Source: Clostridiales bacterium
GTDB taxonomy: Bacteria; Bacillota; Clostridia; Christensenellales; Aristaeellaceae
Direction of reading: 5' to 3'
DNA length: 64,000 nucleotides
Assembly (NCBI GenBank): GCA_012837525.1
Contig: DUQZ01000021.1
Span: 1,128-65,127 of the forward strand
Below, piece after piece: positions 9,177-18,762 of this stretch. A model generated the notes under the pieces. That model saw nothing but the letters and a program-made list of their open reading frames with translations. It did no database searches and was not told where the DNA came from. Each line of letters starts with the position of its first letter. Position 1 is the first letter of the stretch. The position numbers and the translations under genes were made by a program.

Positions 9177-10814
9177 ATGGCTGATATTCGTTTGCTTGAC
9201 GCTGCAACATTGCGTGAAATGGTCAATGCCGGTGCCGCGCTCCTTGAAAAGAACAGGGAGCCGGTCAACGCGCTGAACGTGTTCCCGGTCCCGGATGGCG
9301 ACACGGGCACCAACATGTCCATGACAATGATTTCTGCCGTCAGGGAAATCAATACCAAGGAAGCCCATTCCATTGGGCAGTTGACAGAACACCTGTCAAA
9401 AGGCGCGCTGCGCGGCGCCAGGGGAAACTCTGGTGTCATTCTGTCCCAGTTATACCGCGGGTTCGCGAAAGCGCTGACTGATAAAGAAAAAATCACCCCG
9501 CTGGAGTTCGCCCAGGCACTCAAATCCGGCGCGGACACTGCCTATAAAGCGGTGATGAAGCCCAAGGAAGGTACCATTTTAACAGTGGCCCGGGTTATCG
9601 CCGAGGATGCCCTGGCGCAGGCGGAGATGGAGCCGGACAGCTTCACCGCCTTGATGCGCGTCGTGCTGTCCAGCGGTGAAAGCATTTTGAAACGTACCCA
9701 GGAAATGCTGCCAGCCTTAACCCAGGCAGGCGTGGTGGATGCCGGCGGCCGCGGTTTGCTGCTGATTTACACGGGCTATGCAGCCGTCCTCAATGGGGAG
9801 CAACTTGAAGACCTGCTGGTCGACATGAGCGGTGACTCCAGCCAGGAGCAGGCTTTTGTTGATGAGCATGACCTGGACGAGGAAATCACCTTCGCCTACT
9901 GCACCGAATTTTTTGTGCAGGAGCTCAAGCCTGGCACCAGCGATATGGACATCGCTTCCTTCCGCCGCAAGCTGAGCCGCATCGGAGACAGCTTGGTAGT
10001 GGTCGGCGATGATGATCTGATCAAGGTGCATCTGCACACCAATGATCCCGGCAAGGCGCTGCAGTACGCGCTGATGCTGGGTGAGCTCAACGGGCTAAAA
10101 ATTGACAACATGGTCCAGCAGAAGCGCGATCTGGAAAAGCAAAAGAAGAAGGAACTCAAGGACTACGGCATCGTTGCCGTATCACAAGGTTCCGGCTTTA
10201 ACGAAATCTTCAAGGACCTGGGTGTTGACAGCATCGTTGAAGGCGGCCAGACCATGAACCCCAGCATTGATGACCTGAAAAAAGCGGTTGATGCGGTCTA
10301 TGCCAAGACCATCTACATCCTTCCCAACAACGGCAACATCACCCTGGCCGCGCAGCAGGTCGCGGCGATGAGTGACGGCAATATCATCGTGCTGCCCACC
10401 AAGAACGTCGCCATGGGCATCGCGGCCGTGGTGGCCTTCCAGCCGGAGGATACCCCGGAAGAAAATACGGAGCGCATGAACGAAGCTGCCCAGCGTGTGC
10501 GTACCGGGATGATTACCTACGCGGTGCGCGACACCAACCTGGAAGACCTCCACATAAAAGAAGGCAGCATCATTGGTTTGAACAACGGGCAGGTCACGGT
10601 CAACTGTGAAACCGCAGAGGAAGCCGCCGTCCTGCTGATGAAGGAAATTGTCAATGAGGATGACGGCTTAATCACTGTCTACTTTGGTGAGATGACCAAG
10701 GAAGAGGACGCGCGCACCCTGCGCGACCAGCTGGAAGAAATGTATCCGGATTGTGATGTGGAAGTGCACCGGGGCGGCCAACAGTTGTACTTCTACCTGC
10801 TGTCAGTCGAATAA
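9177..10814 (+). CDS. DAK2 domain-containing protein (YloV family)
   Basis: 545 aa. DGDTGTNM and RGNSGVILSQ Dak-phosphatase-domain motifs. Conserved asp23-yloV-recG context. Confidence 0.9.
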   Translation: MADIRLLDAATLREMVNAGAALLEKNREPVNALNVFPVPDGDTGTNMSMTMISAVREINTKEAHSIGQLTEHLSKGALRGARGNSGVILSQLYRGFAKALTDKEKITPLEFAQALKSGADTAYKAVMKPKEGTILTVARVIAEDALAQAEMEPDSFTALMRVVLSSGESILKRTQEMLPALTQAGVVDAGGRGLLLIYTGYAAVLNGEQLEDLLVDMSGDSSQEQAFVDEHDLDEEITFAYCTEFFVQELKPGTSDMDIASFRRKLSRIGDSLVVVGDDDLIKVHLHTNDPGKALQYALMLGELNGLKIDNMVQQKRDLEKQKKKELKDYGIVAVSQGSGFNEIFKDLGVDSIVEGGQTMNPSIDDLKKAVDAVYAKTIYILPNNGNITLAAQQVAAMSDGNIIVLPTKNVAMGIAAVVAFQPEDTPEENTERMNEAAQRVRTGMITYAVRDTNLEDLHIKEGSIIGLNNGQVTVNCETAEEAAVLLMKEIVNEDDGLITVYFGEMTKEEDARTLRDQLEEMYPDCDVEVHRGGQQLYFYLLSVE

Positions 10815-10835
10815 CACAGATGTATTTGTACTTGC

Positions 10836-10862
10836 AAGCTGTCAGTTTGACAGCTTCTTTTT
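10836..10862 (+). terminator. rho-independent terminator after yloV
   Basis: Perfect 9-bp stem AAGCTGTCA/TGACAGCTT with a 3-nt loop, followed by CTTTTT. Confidence 0.7.
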
Positions 10863-10874
10863 GAAAGGAAGGGT

Positions 10875-12881
10875 ATGAGCGCTGGATTAAACCTTCGCGG
10901 GCTGGGCCCCAAGCGAAAGGCAGCCTTGCAGCAAGAGGGGATAACGGACCTTCCAAGTCTGCTGGATTGTTTGCCGCGGGACTATTTGTTCGCGGAAAAT
11001 GTTCAGGCCATTGCGGAGGTGCAGCCAGGTCCCGCCTGCATCGAGGGCGTGGTACAGACCGCGCCAAGCATCCAGTATTATGTTGGCCGGTCGATTGTCC
11101 GCGCAAAGGTCGCAGACACCACAGGCGTCATGCGCGTCTTCTGGTTTAATCAGCCCTGGATGGCAAAGCAGCTCAAACAAGGCGAACATGTTGTCTTGCA
11201 TGGCATGGTCCAGGAGAAAGAAAAAACAGGGCGAAGTCTGCTCAACCCCAAAATCATCAGGGACAAGGGCATCATTCCTCAATATAAACCTTTGCCTGGT
11301 TTGCCGGGAAAGGTATTTGCCAGTTTGATTGACCAAGCCTTGGCGTTGGTGGATGATCAAACCGCAGAAACAATGCCTGAAAACTTTTTAAAAGAAAACA
11401 ATCTGTGCGACAAAGGTACAGCCTGGCAGTTCGCGCACCGCCCGCAAAGCAAAGAACAGATTATTACAGCCCAGCGGCGGCTTGGGTTTGAAAACCTGCT
11501 GATGTACCAGTTAGCCATCAAAAGCATGTCATCAAGCCAGGAGACTGGCCCTGAGATGGATAGCAGTGTTTTTAGCACAGAAGCATTCTGGCAGCAAATG
11601 CCCTTTGCGCCAACCGGCGCGCAGGCAGCAACACTCAAACAGATTTATCGGGATATGTCATCCCCAAAGCCCATGCGCAGGCTTGTGCAGGGGGATGTGG
11701 GCAGCGGCAAGACCGCGGTTGCCTTTGGGGCAGCGGTGTTCGCGATCAAAGCAGGGTATCAGTGCGCTTTGATGGCGCCAACAGAATTGCTTGCCCGTCA
11801 ACACGCGGCAAACGCGGAAAAAACATTGTCGAAATATGGCATTCAATGTGGTTTGCTGCTTGGGGGTATGAAAGCCGCAGAGCGCAGGGAAGCCTTGGAA
11901 AATGTAAAATCTGGAGCATGGCAGTTCGTAATCGGCACCCATGCGCTTATCAGCAAAACAGTGGTGTATCACAACCTGGGCTTGGTCATCACGGATGAGC
12001 AGCACCGTTTTGGGGTTAAACAGCGGCAACGGTTGGCCGATAAGGCGGAGGATTATGTGCCGCATATCCTGGCATTGTCTGCAACGCCAATCCCGCGTTC
12101 CCTGGCCTTGGTGCTGTACGGCGATCTGGAAGTCAGCATCATGGATGAGCTGCCGCCTGGCAGGCAAGAGATCAAAACCAGAATCGTACCCCAGAACAAA
12201 CGCGCGGACTTATATACCTACATCAGGGACAAAGCAAAAGCAGGGGAACAAAGCTACCTGGTGTGTCCGCTGGTGGAGGACAGCGAGGGAGAGGAACAGG
12301 ACAAACAATCCGCCACCGCGCTGTATCATCAGCTGCAAAAAAGCGCGCTCTCCGGTATCCCCATGGCGCTTACCTACGGTAGCCAGCCTGAGGAAGAAAA
12401 GCAGGATGCATTGTCCCGATTTTATCAAAATCTTGCTTCGGTCTTGGTTTCCACTACAGTCATTGAGGTAGGGATGGATGTACCCAACGCGACCACCATG
12501 GTTATTGAAGACGCGGATATGTTTGGACTGGCGCAGTTGCATCAGTTGCGCGGGCGTGTGGGCCGCGGCAGCAAGGAAAGTTGGTGTTTTTTGCTGGGAG
12601 AGCCCAATGAGCGCCTGCAAACCCTGACACAAACCAACGACGGATTTAAAATCGCGCAGAAAGACCTGGACCTGCGCGGGCCCGGGGAGTTTTTGGGCAC
12701 CCGCCAGCACGGGAAACTGCTCAATGTATATGGCATCTCCAATATCAAACTGGTTGAGGAAACATCCCGTGTTGTGAAAGATCTGTCAGAAAATCCGCAA
12801 AAAGCTGGTCTGTACACACGCTTGATGAAGATGGCCAATGACAGATACGCAAACCAGCTTCAGGACACAGGAATGCACTAA
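10875..12881 (+). CDS. recG: ATP-dependent DNA helicase RecG
   Basis: 668 aa. Walker A GDVGSGKT, DEQHRFG, QLHQLRGRVGRG. Confidence 0.95.
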   Translation: MSAGLNLRGLGPKRKAALQQEGITDLPSLLDCLPRDYLFAENVQAIAEVQPGPACIEGVVQTAPSIQYYVGRSIVRAKVADTTGVMRVFWFNQPWMAKQLKQGEHVVLHGMVQEKEKTGRSLLNPKIIRDKGIIPQYKPLPGLPGKVFASLIDQALALVDDQTAETMPENFLKENNLCDKGTAWQFAHRPQSKEQIITAQRRLGFENLLMYQLAIKSMSSSQETGPEMDSSVFSTEAFWQQMPFAPTGAQAATLKQIYRDMSSPKPMRRLVQGDVGSGKTAVAFGAAVFAIKAGYQCALMAPTELLARQHAANAEKTLSKYGIQCGLLLGGMKAAERREALENVKSGAWQFVIGTHALISKTVVYHNLGLVITDEQHRFGVKQRQRLADKAEDYVPHILALSATPIPRSLALVLYGDLEVSIMDELPPGRQEIKTRIVPQNKRADLYTYIRDKAKAGEQSYLVCPLVEDSEGEEQDKQSATALYHQLQKSALSGIPMALTYGSQPEEEKQDALSRFYQNLASVLVSTTVIEVGMDVPNATTMVIEDADMFGLAQLHQLRGRVGRGSKESWCFLLGEPNERLQTLTQTNDGFKIAQKDLDLRGPGEFLGTRQHGKLLNVYGISNIKLVEETSRVVKDLSENPQKAGLYTRLMKMANDRYANQLQDTGMH

Positions 12882-12906
12882 ATTTTCATTTTTTGTTTGG
12901 TTTTCG

Positions 12907-12915
12907 TGATATAAT
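12907..12915 (+). promoter_or_regulatory. candidate extended -10 promoter element upstream of nifS
   Basis: TGATATAAT (TGnTATAAT) about 40 nt upstream of the TTG start at 12954. No good -35. Confidence 0.3.
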
Positions 12916-12953
12916 GCAGTGGCTGGGATTTTGCCAGCGCATGGAGGAGAGAC

Positions 12954-14132
12954 TTGAACAGAATTTATTTGGACAATGCGGCAACGACACGCCTTGACGC
13001 CGAGGTGTTGCAGCAGATGCTGCCCTATTTCACCGACCACTACGGCAACCCATCCAGCATTTACGCGACAGGGCGGGACGCGCGCAAAGCGGTGGAAGAA
13101 GCCAGACGCGCGGTAGCAGCCGCGTTAAACTGTACTGCGCAGGAAATCTTTTTTACTTCCGGCGGAACGGAGAGCGATAATTGGGCCATTAAAGGAATTG
13201 CCCACACAAACCAGAGCAAGGGCAAACACATTATCTCCACCGCCATTGAGCATCACGCGGTGCTGCACCCTTTGGAAGACTTGCAAAAGCAAGGTTTTGA
13301 AGTCACGTATATGCCCGTTGATGAATATGGGCTGGTAAACCCCGCGGACATCAAAAAGGCAATCCGACCGGACACCATTTTGATTAGCGTCATCGCAGCC
13401 AACAACGAAATCGGCACCATACAGCCCATCGCGGAAATCGGAGCAATCGCGAAGGAACACAAAATTGCCTTTCATACAGACGCGGTTCAGGCCATTGGCG
13501 CCATTCCTGTTGATGTGAAGGAATGGCAGGTTGACACCCTCTCGCTGTCGGCGCACAAGTTCCATGGCCCAAAGGGTGTTGGCGCCTTGTACATCCGCAA
13601 GGGCACCCGCTTGCCCGCGTTCATCCAGGGCGGCGCGCAGGAGCGCAACCGCAGGGCGGGTACAGAAAACGTTCCGGGCATCGTAGGCCTGGGCGCGGCA
13701 ATCACCAAGGCAGTGACCACTCTGGATGAGAACGCCAAAAAGATTGCTGCGCTTCGGGATGACCTGATCAACGGCATCCTAAAGAACGTGCCGGAGGTCC
13801 GTTTAAATGGTCATCCCATTTTGCGTTTGCCCAACAACGTGAACTTCGCGGTAAAATATATCGAAGGGGAGGCGCTGCTGCTACGGCTGGATCTGGCTGG
13901 CATCGCGGCGTCTTCTGGGTCTGCCTGCACATCCGGCTCACTGGACCCATCCCATGTCCTCCTGGCCATTGGCCTGCCGCATGAGATCGCGCACGGCAGC
14001 CTGCGCCTGACGCTGTCTGCCGATACCAGCCAGGAGGAGATTGACACAGTCAAAACAGAACTGCCGCGGATTATCAACATTCTACGGGCCATGTCGCCGC
14101 TGTATGAACAAGGAGAAAGCCATGTATTCTGA
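12954..14132 (+). CDS. nifS: cysteine desulfurase NifS
   Basis: 392 aa. PLP-lysine motif SAHKFHGPKG, active-site loop SSGSACTS. TTG start after GGAGGAGAG. Confidence 0.93.
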   Translation: MNRIYLDNAATTRLDAEVLQQMLPYFTDHYGNPSSIYATGRDARKAVEEARRAVAAALNCTAQEIFFTSGGTESDNWAIKGIAHTNQSKGKHIISTAIEHHAVLHPLEDLQKQGFEVTYMPVDEYGLVNPADIKKAIRPDTILISVIAANNEIGTIQPIAEIGAIAKEHKIAFHTDAVQAIGAIPVDVKEWQVDTLSLSAHKFHGPKGVGALYIRKGTRLPAFIQGGAQERNRRAGTENVPGIVGLGAAITKAVTTLDENAKKIAALRDDLINGILKNVPEVRLNGHPILRLPNNVNFAVKYIEGEALLLRLDLAGIAASSGSACTSGSLDPSHVLLAIGLPHEIAHGSLRLTLSADTSQEEIDTVKTELPRIINILRAMSPLYEQGESHVF

Positions 14133-14505
14133 TAAGGTGATGGATCACTTCAACAACCCGCGTAATGTCGGCTCCCTGGAAGATGCCAACGGCATCGGCG
14201 AGGTGGGTAACGCCAGGTGCGGCGATATCATGAAAATGTACATCAAGGTGAAGGACAACATCATCACGGATGTTCGTTTCAAGACCTTTGGCTGCGGTGC
14301 GGCCATCGCCACCAGCTCAATGGCCACAGAAATGGTCAAGGGTAAAACGCTGGAAGAAGCGCTTCGCATCAGCAACAAAGCCGTGACAGAGGCGCTGGAT
14401 GGCTTGCCGCCTGCGAAAATGCACTGCTCTGTTCTGGCGGAGGAAGCGGTGCACGCCGCGATTGCGGATTATAAGGCACGGCTTGAACAAAAGGAGAATG
14501 AATGA
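14122..14505 (+). CDS. nifU: Fe-S cluster assembly scaffold NifU/IscU-type
   Basis: MYSDKVMDHFNNPRNVG..., cluster-ligand cysteines in GNARCGD, FGCGAAIA and HCSVLA. RBS AAGGAGA. Overlaps the nifS stop. The track ORF starts earlier, at 14041. Confidence 0.92.
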   Translation: MYSDKVMDHFNNPRNVGSLEDANGIGEVGNARCGDIMKMYIKVKDNIITDVRFKTFGCGAAIATSSMATEMVKGKTLEEALRISNKAVTEALDGLPPAKMHCSVLAEEAVHAAIADYKARLEQKENE

Positions 14506-16277
14506 CGGAACTGACCGGGAATTTGACTGGTATTCGGGAGAGCGTAAAAAAAGAGCTGCTCACCCTGTATGACATAGAGGTAGATGCGACTGTCTTTTTG
14601 CCGCTGGAATTGGCGGACAAATTGGCGCAGCTGACGGCGCTGATCCGCCGGGAGATTGCGATATATATCGCGCGCAACGGTAAAATCTTGGATGTTTCTG
14701 TTGGCCAGGCTGACAGGGTTAGCCTGCAGGACCTGGGCCAGCGCCGCAGCGATACCCGTTTGAGCCGTGTACGCTGCATCCACACGCATCCAAATGGTGA
14801 CGCGACGCTGTCGAATGTCGATATGTCCGCTATCCAAAGCCTGCGCCTGGACGCCATGTGCGCCCTGGGTGTCAATGAGGAGGGTCAATTAACCGGCGCG
14901 ACGGTCTCCTTCCTGGCGCCGGATGAAACCGGCGCGCTCAAGGCAGGGCCTATTACAGCGCTGTCCCTTAAGCATCTTGAGCATCCGCAGCTGATGTGGA
15001 CAATCACCCAAAACGATCAGCTGGCGACCATGAAGGAAATATCCACTGAGGACCAGACCGAGCGCGCCTACCTCATCAGCACGGACAGCCAGCAATCCCT
15101 GGAAGAATTGCGCGCCCTGGCTGATTCCGCCGGCGCTGTGATTGTTGGCAGCGCGCTGCAGGTAAAGATCAAACCAGATCCCGCCACCTATATCGGATCT
15201 GGCAAGGCGGCAGAGGTTGCGCTGGACGCCCAGGCAAAGGATGCGACCTTGATCATCGTGGATGATGAACTGTCCGGCATCCAAACCAACCGGCTGGAGG
15301 ACGCGCTGGGCATCCCGGTGATTGACAGAACTACGCTGATTTTGGATATTTTCGCGCAACGCGCGACCACCAGTGAGGGCAAACTGCAGGTAAACCTGGC
15401 GCAGTTGAACTACCGCGCCAGCCGCCTAGTGGGGGCAAGGTCATCCCTCTCTCGTCTGGCAGGCGGTATCGGAACCCGAGGCCCTGGCGAAAGCAAACTG
15501 GAAATGGACCGGCGTGTTATCAGACGGCGGATTCAAATCCTCAAGGATGAACTGAAGGAGCTGGAGCGCCAGCGGGGTATCCGGCGCAAAAACCGTGTGG
15601 ACAGCGGCATCCCATCCGTCGCGCTGGTTGGCTATACCAATACGGGTAAATCAACCCTGCTTAACCTGATTGCCCAGACGGATGTGTATGTCAAGGACCA
15701 GTTGTTCGCGACGCTGGATACCGTATCCCGGCGCATCGTGCATCCGGACGGGGATGAGTTTTTGCTCACCGACTCTGTCGGCTTTGTCAGCAAGCTGCCG
15801 ACAGACTTGGTGGAAGCCTTTCAATCCACCCTGGATGAGGCCATGGGGGCTGATGTGCTGGTGATAGTGTCAGACGCCTCCAACCCCAACGCGGAGGAGC
15901 AGCGAAAGGCTGTGGAAGACGTGCTTCAAGCGCTGGGCGCCTGCGAACAACCGCGCATTGAGGTGTACAACAAGTGGGACATCGCCCTGCCGGAACACCG
16001 CGTTTTACCCAAAGGCACCCTGAAGGTGTCCGCCAAAACAGGGGAGGGTGTTGACCAGTTGCTGCAAGCCATTGTGGAGATTTTGCGCAAGGGCGAGCGC
16101 ACCCTGGACATGTTTATCCACTTTAGCAAATACCATGTCTTAAACGAGATCAGAAACCAGGGGCGCATCATTCATGAGGCGCACGAAGGGGAAGGCACCC
16201 GCGTGACAGTACGGATGAGCAAGCCCTCCGCGAACCGGCTGCAAGCCCAGTACCCCGAACTGTTTGCGCAGGTATAA
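14502..16277 (+). CDS. hflX: GTPase HflX with ~185-aa N-terminal JAB/MPN-like extension
   Basis: 591 aa. G1 GYTNTGKSTLLN, G3 DSVGF, G4 NKWD. The HflX N-domain starts near aa 187. The extension carries HTHPNGDATLSNVD. ATGA overlap with the nifU stop. Confidence 0.92.
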   Translation: MTELTGNLTGIRESVKKELLTLYDIEVDATVFLPLELADKLAQLTALIRREIAIYIARNGKILDVSVGQADRVSLQDLGQRRSDTRLSRVRCIHTHPNGDATLSNVDMSAIQSLRLDAMCALGVNEEGQLTGATVSFLAPDETGALKAGPITALSLKHLEHPQLMWTITQNDQLATMKEISTEDQTERAYLISTDSQQSLEELRALADSAGAVIVGSALQVKIKPDPATYIGSGKAAEVALDAQAKDATLIIVDDELSGIQTNRLEDALGIPVIDRTTLILDIFAQRATTSEGKLQVNLAQLNYRASRLVGARSSLSRLAGGIGTRGPGESKLEMDRRVIRRRIQILKDELKELERQRGIRRKNRVDSGIPSVALVGYTNTGKSTLLNLIAQTDVYVKDQLFATLDTVSRRIVHPDGDEFLLTDSVGFVSKLPTDLVEAFQSTLDEAMGADVLVIVSDASNPNAEEQRKAVEDVLQALGACEQPRIEVYNKWDIALPEHRVLPKGTLKVSAKTGEGVDQLLQAIVEILRKGERTLDMFIHFSKYHVLNEIRNQGRIIHEAHEGEGTRVTVRMSKPSANRLQAQYPELFAQV

Positions 16278-16280
16278 CCG

Positions 16281-16964
16281 ATGAGGCAAGTAATCGCGCT
16301 GCTGATGCTCTGTTTGTCGCTTGGACAAAGCGGCATAACCGGTGTGGTGGAGCAAACCAGCCTGGGCGGCAACCTGTACCTGGTCAACAAAACCTACAGG
16401 TTGACGGAACACTATGTGCCGCCGGATCTGGTAAAACCTCAGGTGAAAATGACAACGGGCGGCATCAGGATGCGCAAGGAAGCAGCCGAAGCGCTGGAGC
16501 AATTGTTTCAGCAGGCAGGCGAGCAGGGCCATACCCTGGTTGCGGTATCAGGCTTTAGAAGTTATGAAACTCAGCGGATAATCTATCAGCGCAAAATCAA
16601 CAACAGCGGCAAGCGCGCGGCAGAATTGTATGTTGCGCCGGCAGGCGCCAGTGAGCATCAGCTGGGCCTTGCGATGGACATCGGCCGGCGCGGCAACAAC
16701 GGGCTCAACGGCTCCTTCGGTAAATCAAAGGAAGGACAGTGGGTAGCGCAAAACGCGCACCGTTTCGGCTTTATCATCCGCTATGAGGCGGAATTCACAG
16801 AGATTACCGGTTACGCGTATGAGCCCTGGCACATCCGCTATGTCGGAATAGCGCACGCAACTGAGATTTTCAAGCGAGGCATCCCGCTTGAAACCTATGT
16901 TGAAGAACTGTCACAGTCTACATTCGGAGGCCTTTTACACCATGCATCACACCCCGCGGATTAA
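16281..16964 (+). CDS. M15B (VanY-type) D-alanyl-D-alanine carboxypeptidase family protein, paralogue 1
   Basis: 227 aa, signal peptide. Zn-ligand motifs SEHQLGLAMD and EPWHIRYVG. Confidence 0.85.
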   Translation: MRQVIALLMLCLSLGQSGITGVVEQTSLGGNLYLVNKTYRLTEHYVPPDLVKPQVKMTTGGIRMRKEAAEALEQLFQQAGEQGHTLVAVSGFRSYETQRIIYQRKINNSGKRAAELYVAPAGASEHQLGLAMDIGRRGNNGLNGSFGKSKEGQWVAQNAHRFGFIIRYEAEFTEITGYAYEPWHIRYVGIAHATEIFKRGIPLETYVEELSQSTFGGLLHHASHPAD

Positions 16965-17766
16965 ACTTTTTCTTTTGATCGCGCTGCTTGCGCTGACGCA
17001 ACTGTTTGTGGCTGCCGGTCAGGTCACGCAGCCAGAATGGACCTATGTTCTGCCGGCAAATTTGCTGGAAAACAAAAACGGTAACCTCACCCTGGTGAAT
17101 CAGGACAATGTGCTGGCAAGCGACTTTGTGCCCAACAACTTGATCCGTGTACGCCTGCGCAGCGTGAGCGGCCCGCATGAGCTGCGTAAAGAAGCGGCTG
17201 AGGCATTGAGCGAGTTGTTCAAAGCCGCGGAGGAAGCCGGGCATGAACTGTATGTCAAAAGCTCCTACCGCAATTATCAAACGCAAAACACCATGTATTC
17301 AAACCGTATCAGCAAATACGGCAAGGATGACGGCGTGGTCGCCAAGCCCGGCACATCCGACCATCAAACAGGCCTGGGTGTGGATGTGTTGAACAGGGAA
17401 TGGGCCAACCGCGAGGGGATGACGCCCGCCTTTGGCCAAACAGCGGATGCGCAATGGATTGAAGCCAACTGCGCGGAGTTTGGTTTTGTGATCCGCTATC
17501 TGCCCGAAAAGCAGGAGATTACAAAGATCATATATGAGCCCTGGCATCTGCGCTATGTAGGCCGTGAAGTAGCGCAATACATGATGGAAAACCGCTTAAC
17601 ACTTGAGGAATTTACGGAGGAATACCAGGCGGCAATTGCTGAATATGAGTCCCGCGGCGGTGATTTTCTGGAATTGTGCCGGCAGCTGAATGCCCCGCCG
17701 CCTGTGGTTGAACTGGATGAGACTGATGAGGAAGGGGACAGCGAGGTATCTTTTTTTGGGCCTTGA
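16942..17766 (+). CDS. M15B (VanY-type) peptidase family protein, paralogue 2
   Basis: Signal peptide MHHTPRIKLFLLIALLALTQLFVAAG. SDHQTGLGVD and EPWHLRYVG. The track ORF starts at a TTG at 16888; ATG 16942 is preferred. Confidence 0.85.
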   Translation: MHHTPRIKLFLLIALLALTQLFVAAGQVTQPEWTYVLPANLLENKNGNLTLVNQDNVLASDFVPNNLIRVRLRSVSGPHELRKEAAEALSELFKAAEEAGHELYVKSSYRNYQTQNTMYSNRISKYGKDDGVVAKPGTSDHQTGLGVDVLNREWANREGMTPAFGQTADAQWIEANCAEFGFVIRYLPEKQEITKIIYEPWHLRYVGREVAQYMMENRLTLEEFTEEYQAAIAEYESRGGDFLELCRQLNAPPPVVELDETDEEGDSEVSFFGP

Positions 17767-17782
17767 CCTAGGAGTTTGGTTG

Positions 17783-18760
17783 ATGAAAACGCGTGTTGTT
17801 TTATTCATATGCGCCCTCATCATGGCGCTCAATGCAGGGCTTGTATTTGCAGAACCTGAACACACACCTGCGCCGCTAGCGCAAACACAATCGTCCATCT
17901 TGGAGAGCGATGGGGATTTGGCGCTGGTGAACCGCGCAAACCGCATCAGCAAAACCTATGTGCCGGAGAATTTGGTACAGCCAAAGGTCAGCACGCGTAA
18001 AGAGAGTTTGCAGGAGCGCATTCACATGCGCGAGCACGCAGCGCGCGCACTGGAAGCGATGTTTGAGGCTGCCTTGTTGGAAGAAGGCTACACCCTGTAC
18101 GCGACCAGCGGCTACCGCGCCTATGGCATTCAGCAAATATTGTTTAATTCCAAGGTGGAAGAGGTGGGCAGCCGTGAGAAGGCGCAGCGCAGGGTCGCGC
18201 CGCCAGGCAGCAGCGAACACCAGCTTGGCCTCGCGATGGATTTGCAGGCGCCTTCCCACCTTAACCTCAGCCAGGCATTTGGTGACACAGATGAAGGAAA
18301 ATGGGCGGGGGAAAACGCGCATCGGTTCGGCTATATCTTAAGATACAAAACCGCCTGGCGTGATATCACAGGTGTAAGTGATGAACCCTGGCATTTCCGC
18401 TATGTCGGCATCGCGCACGCGAGCGCGATGCACGACTTGGATATCCCTCTTGAAACCTATGTAGAGCACGCGAAAGCCCTGCCAGAATATGTATTGCGCG
18501 GCGCCAACCATGTCCTGTTGGCTGGCCTGGTGAAGGAGTTGATGGCAGGCAACCACCCACCTGTATTGGATGATTTGCGAAAGGCTGCGCCAAATGAGCA
18601 GGCGGAGGCTTTGCGCCTGGCGACCCTGCCGATGCTTTCGTCGGATCAGACCTATGAGGATGTTTTATATTACGCCTACCCCACGCCAAAGCCAACCGCT
18701 GCCCCCTGGACGGATGAGGACGAGGAGGAAGTTGAACTCCTCATCGGTGAAAACTTATAG
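17783..18760 (+). CDS. M15B (VanY-type) peptidase family protein, paralogue 3, with C-terminal extension
   Basis: RBS AGGAG then MKTRVVLFICALIMALNAGLVFA signal. SEHQLGLAMD and EPWHFRYVG. About 100-aa acidic C-terminal tail. Confidence 0.85.
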   Translation: MKTRVVLFICALIMALNAGLVFAEPEHTPAPLAQTQSSILESDGDLALVNRANRISKTYVPENLVQPKVSTRKESLQERIHMREHAARALEAMFEAALLEEGYTLYATSGYRAYGIQQILFNSKVEEVGSREKAQRRVAPPGSSEHQLGLAMDLQAPSHLNLSQAFGDTDEGKWAGENAHRFGYILRYKTAWRDITGVSDEPWHFRYVGIAHASAMHDLDIPLETYVEHAKALPEYVLRGANHVLLAGLVKELMAGNHPPVLDDLRKAAPNEQAEALRLATLPMLSSDQTYEDVLYYAYPTPKPTAAPWTDEDEEEVELLIGENL

Positions 18761-18762
18761 CG

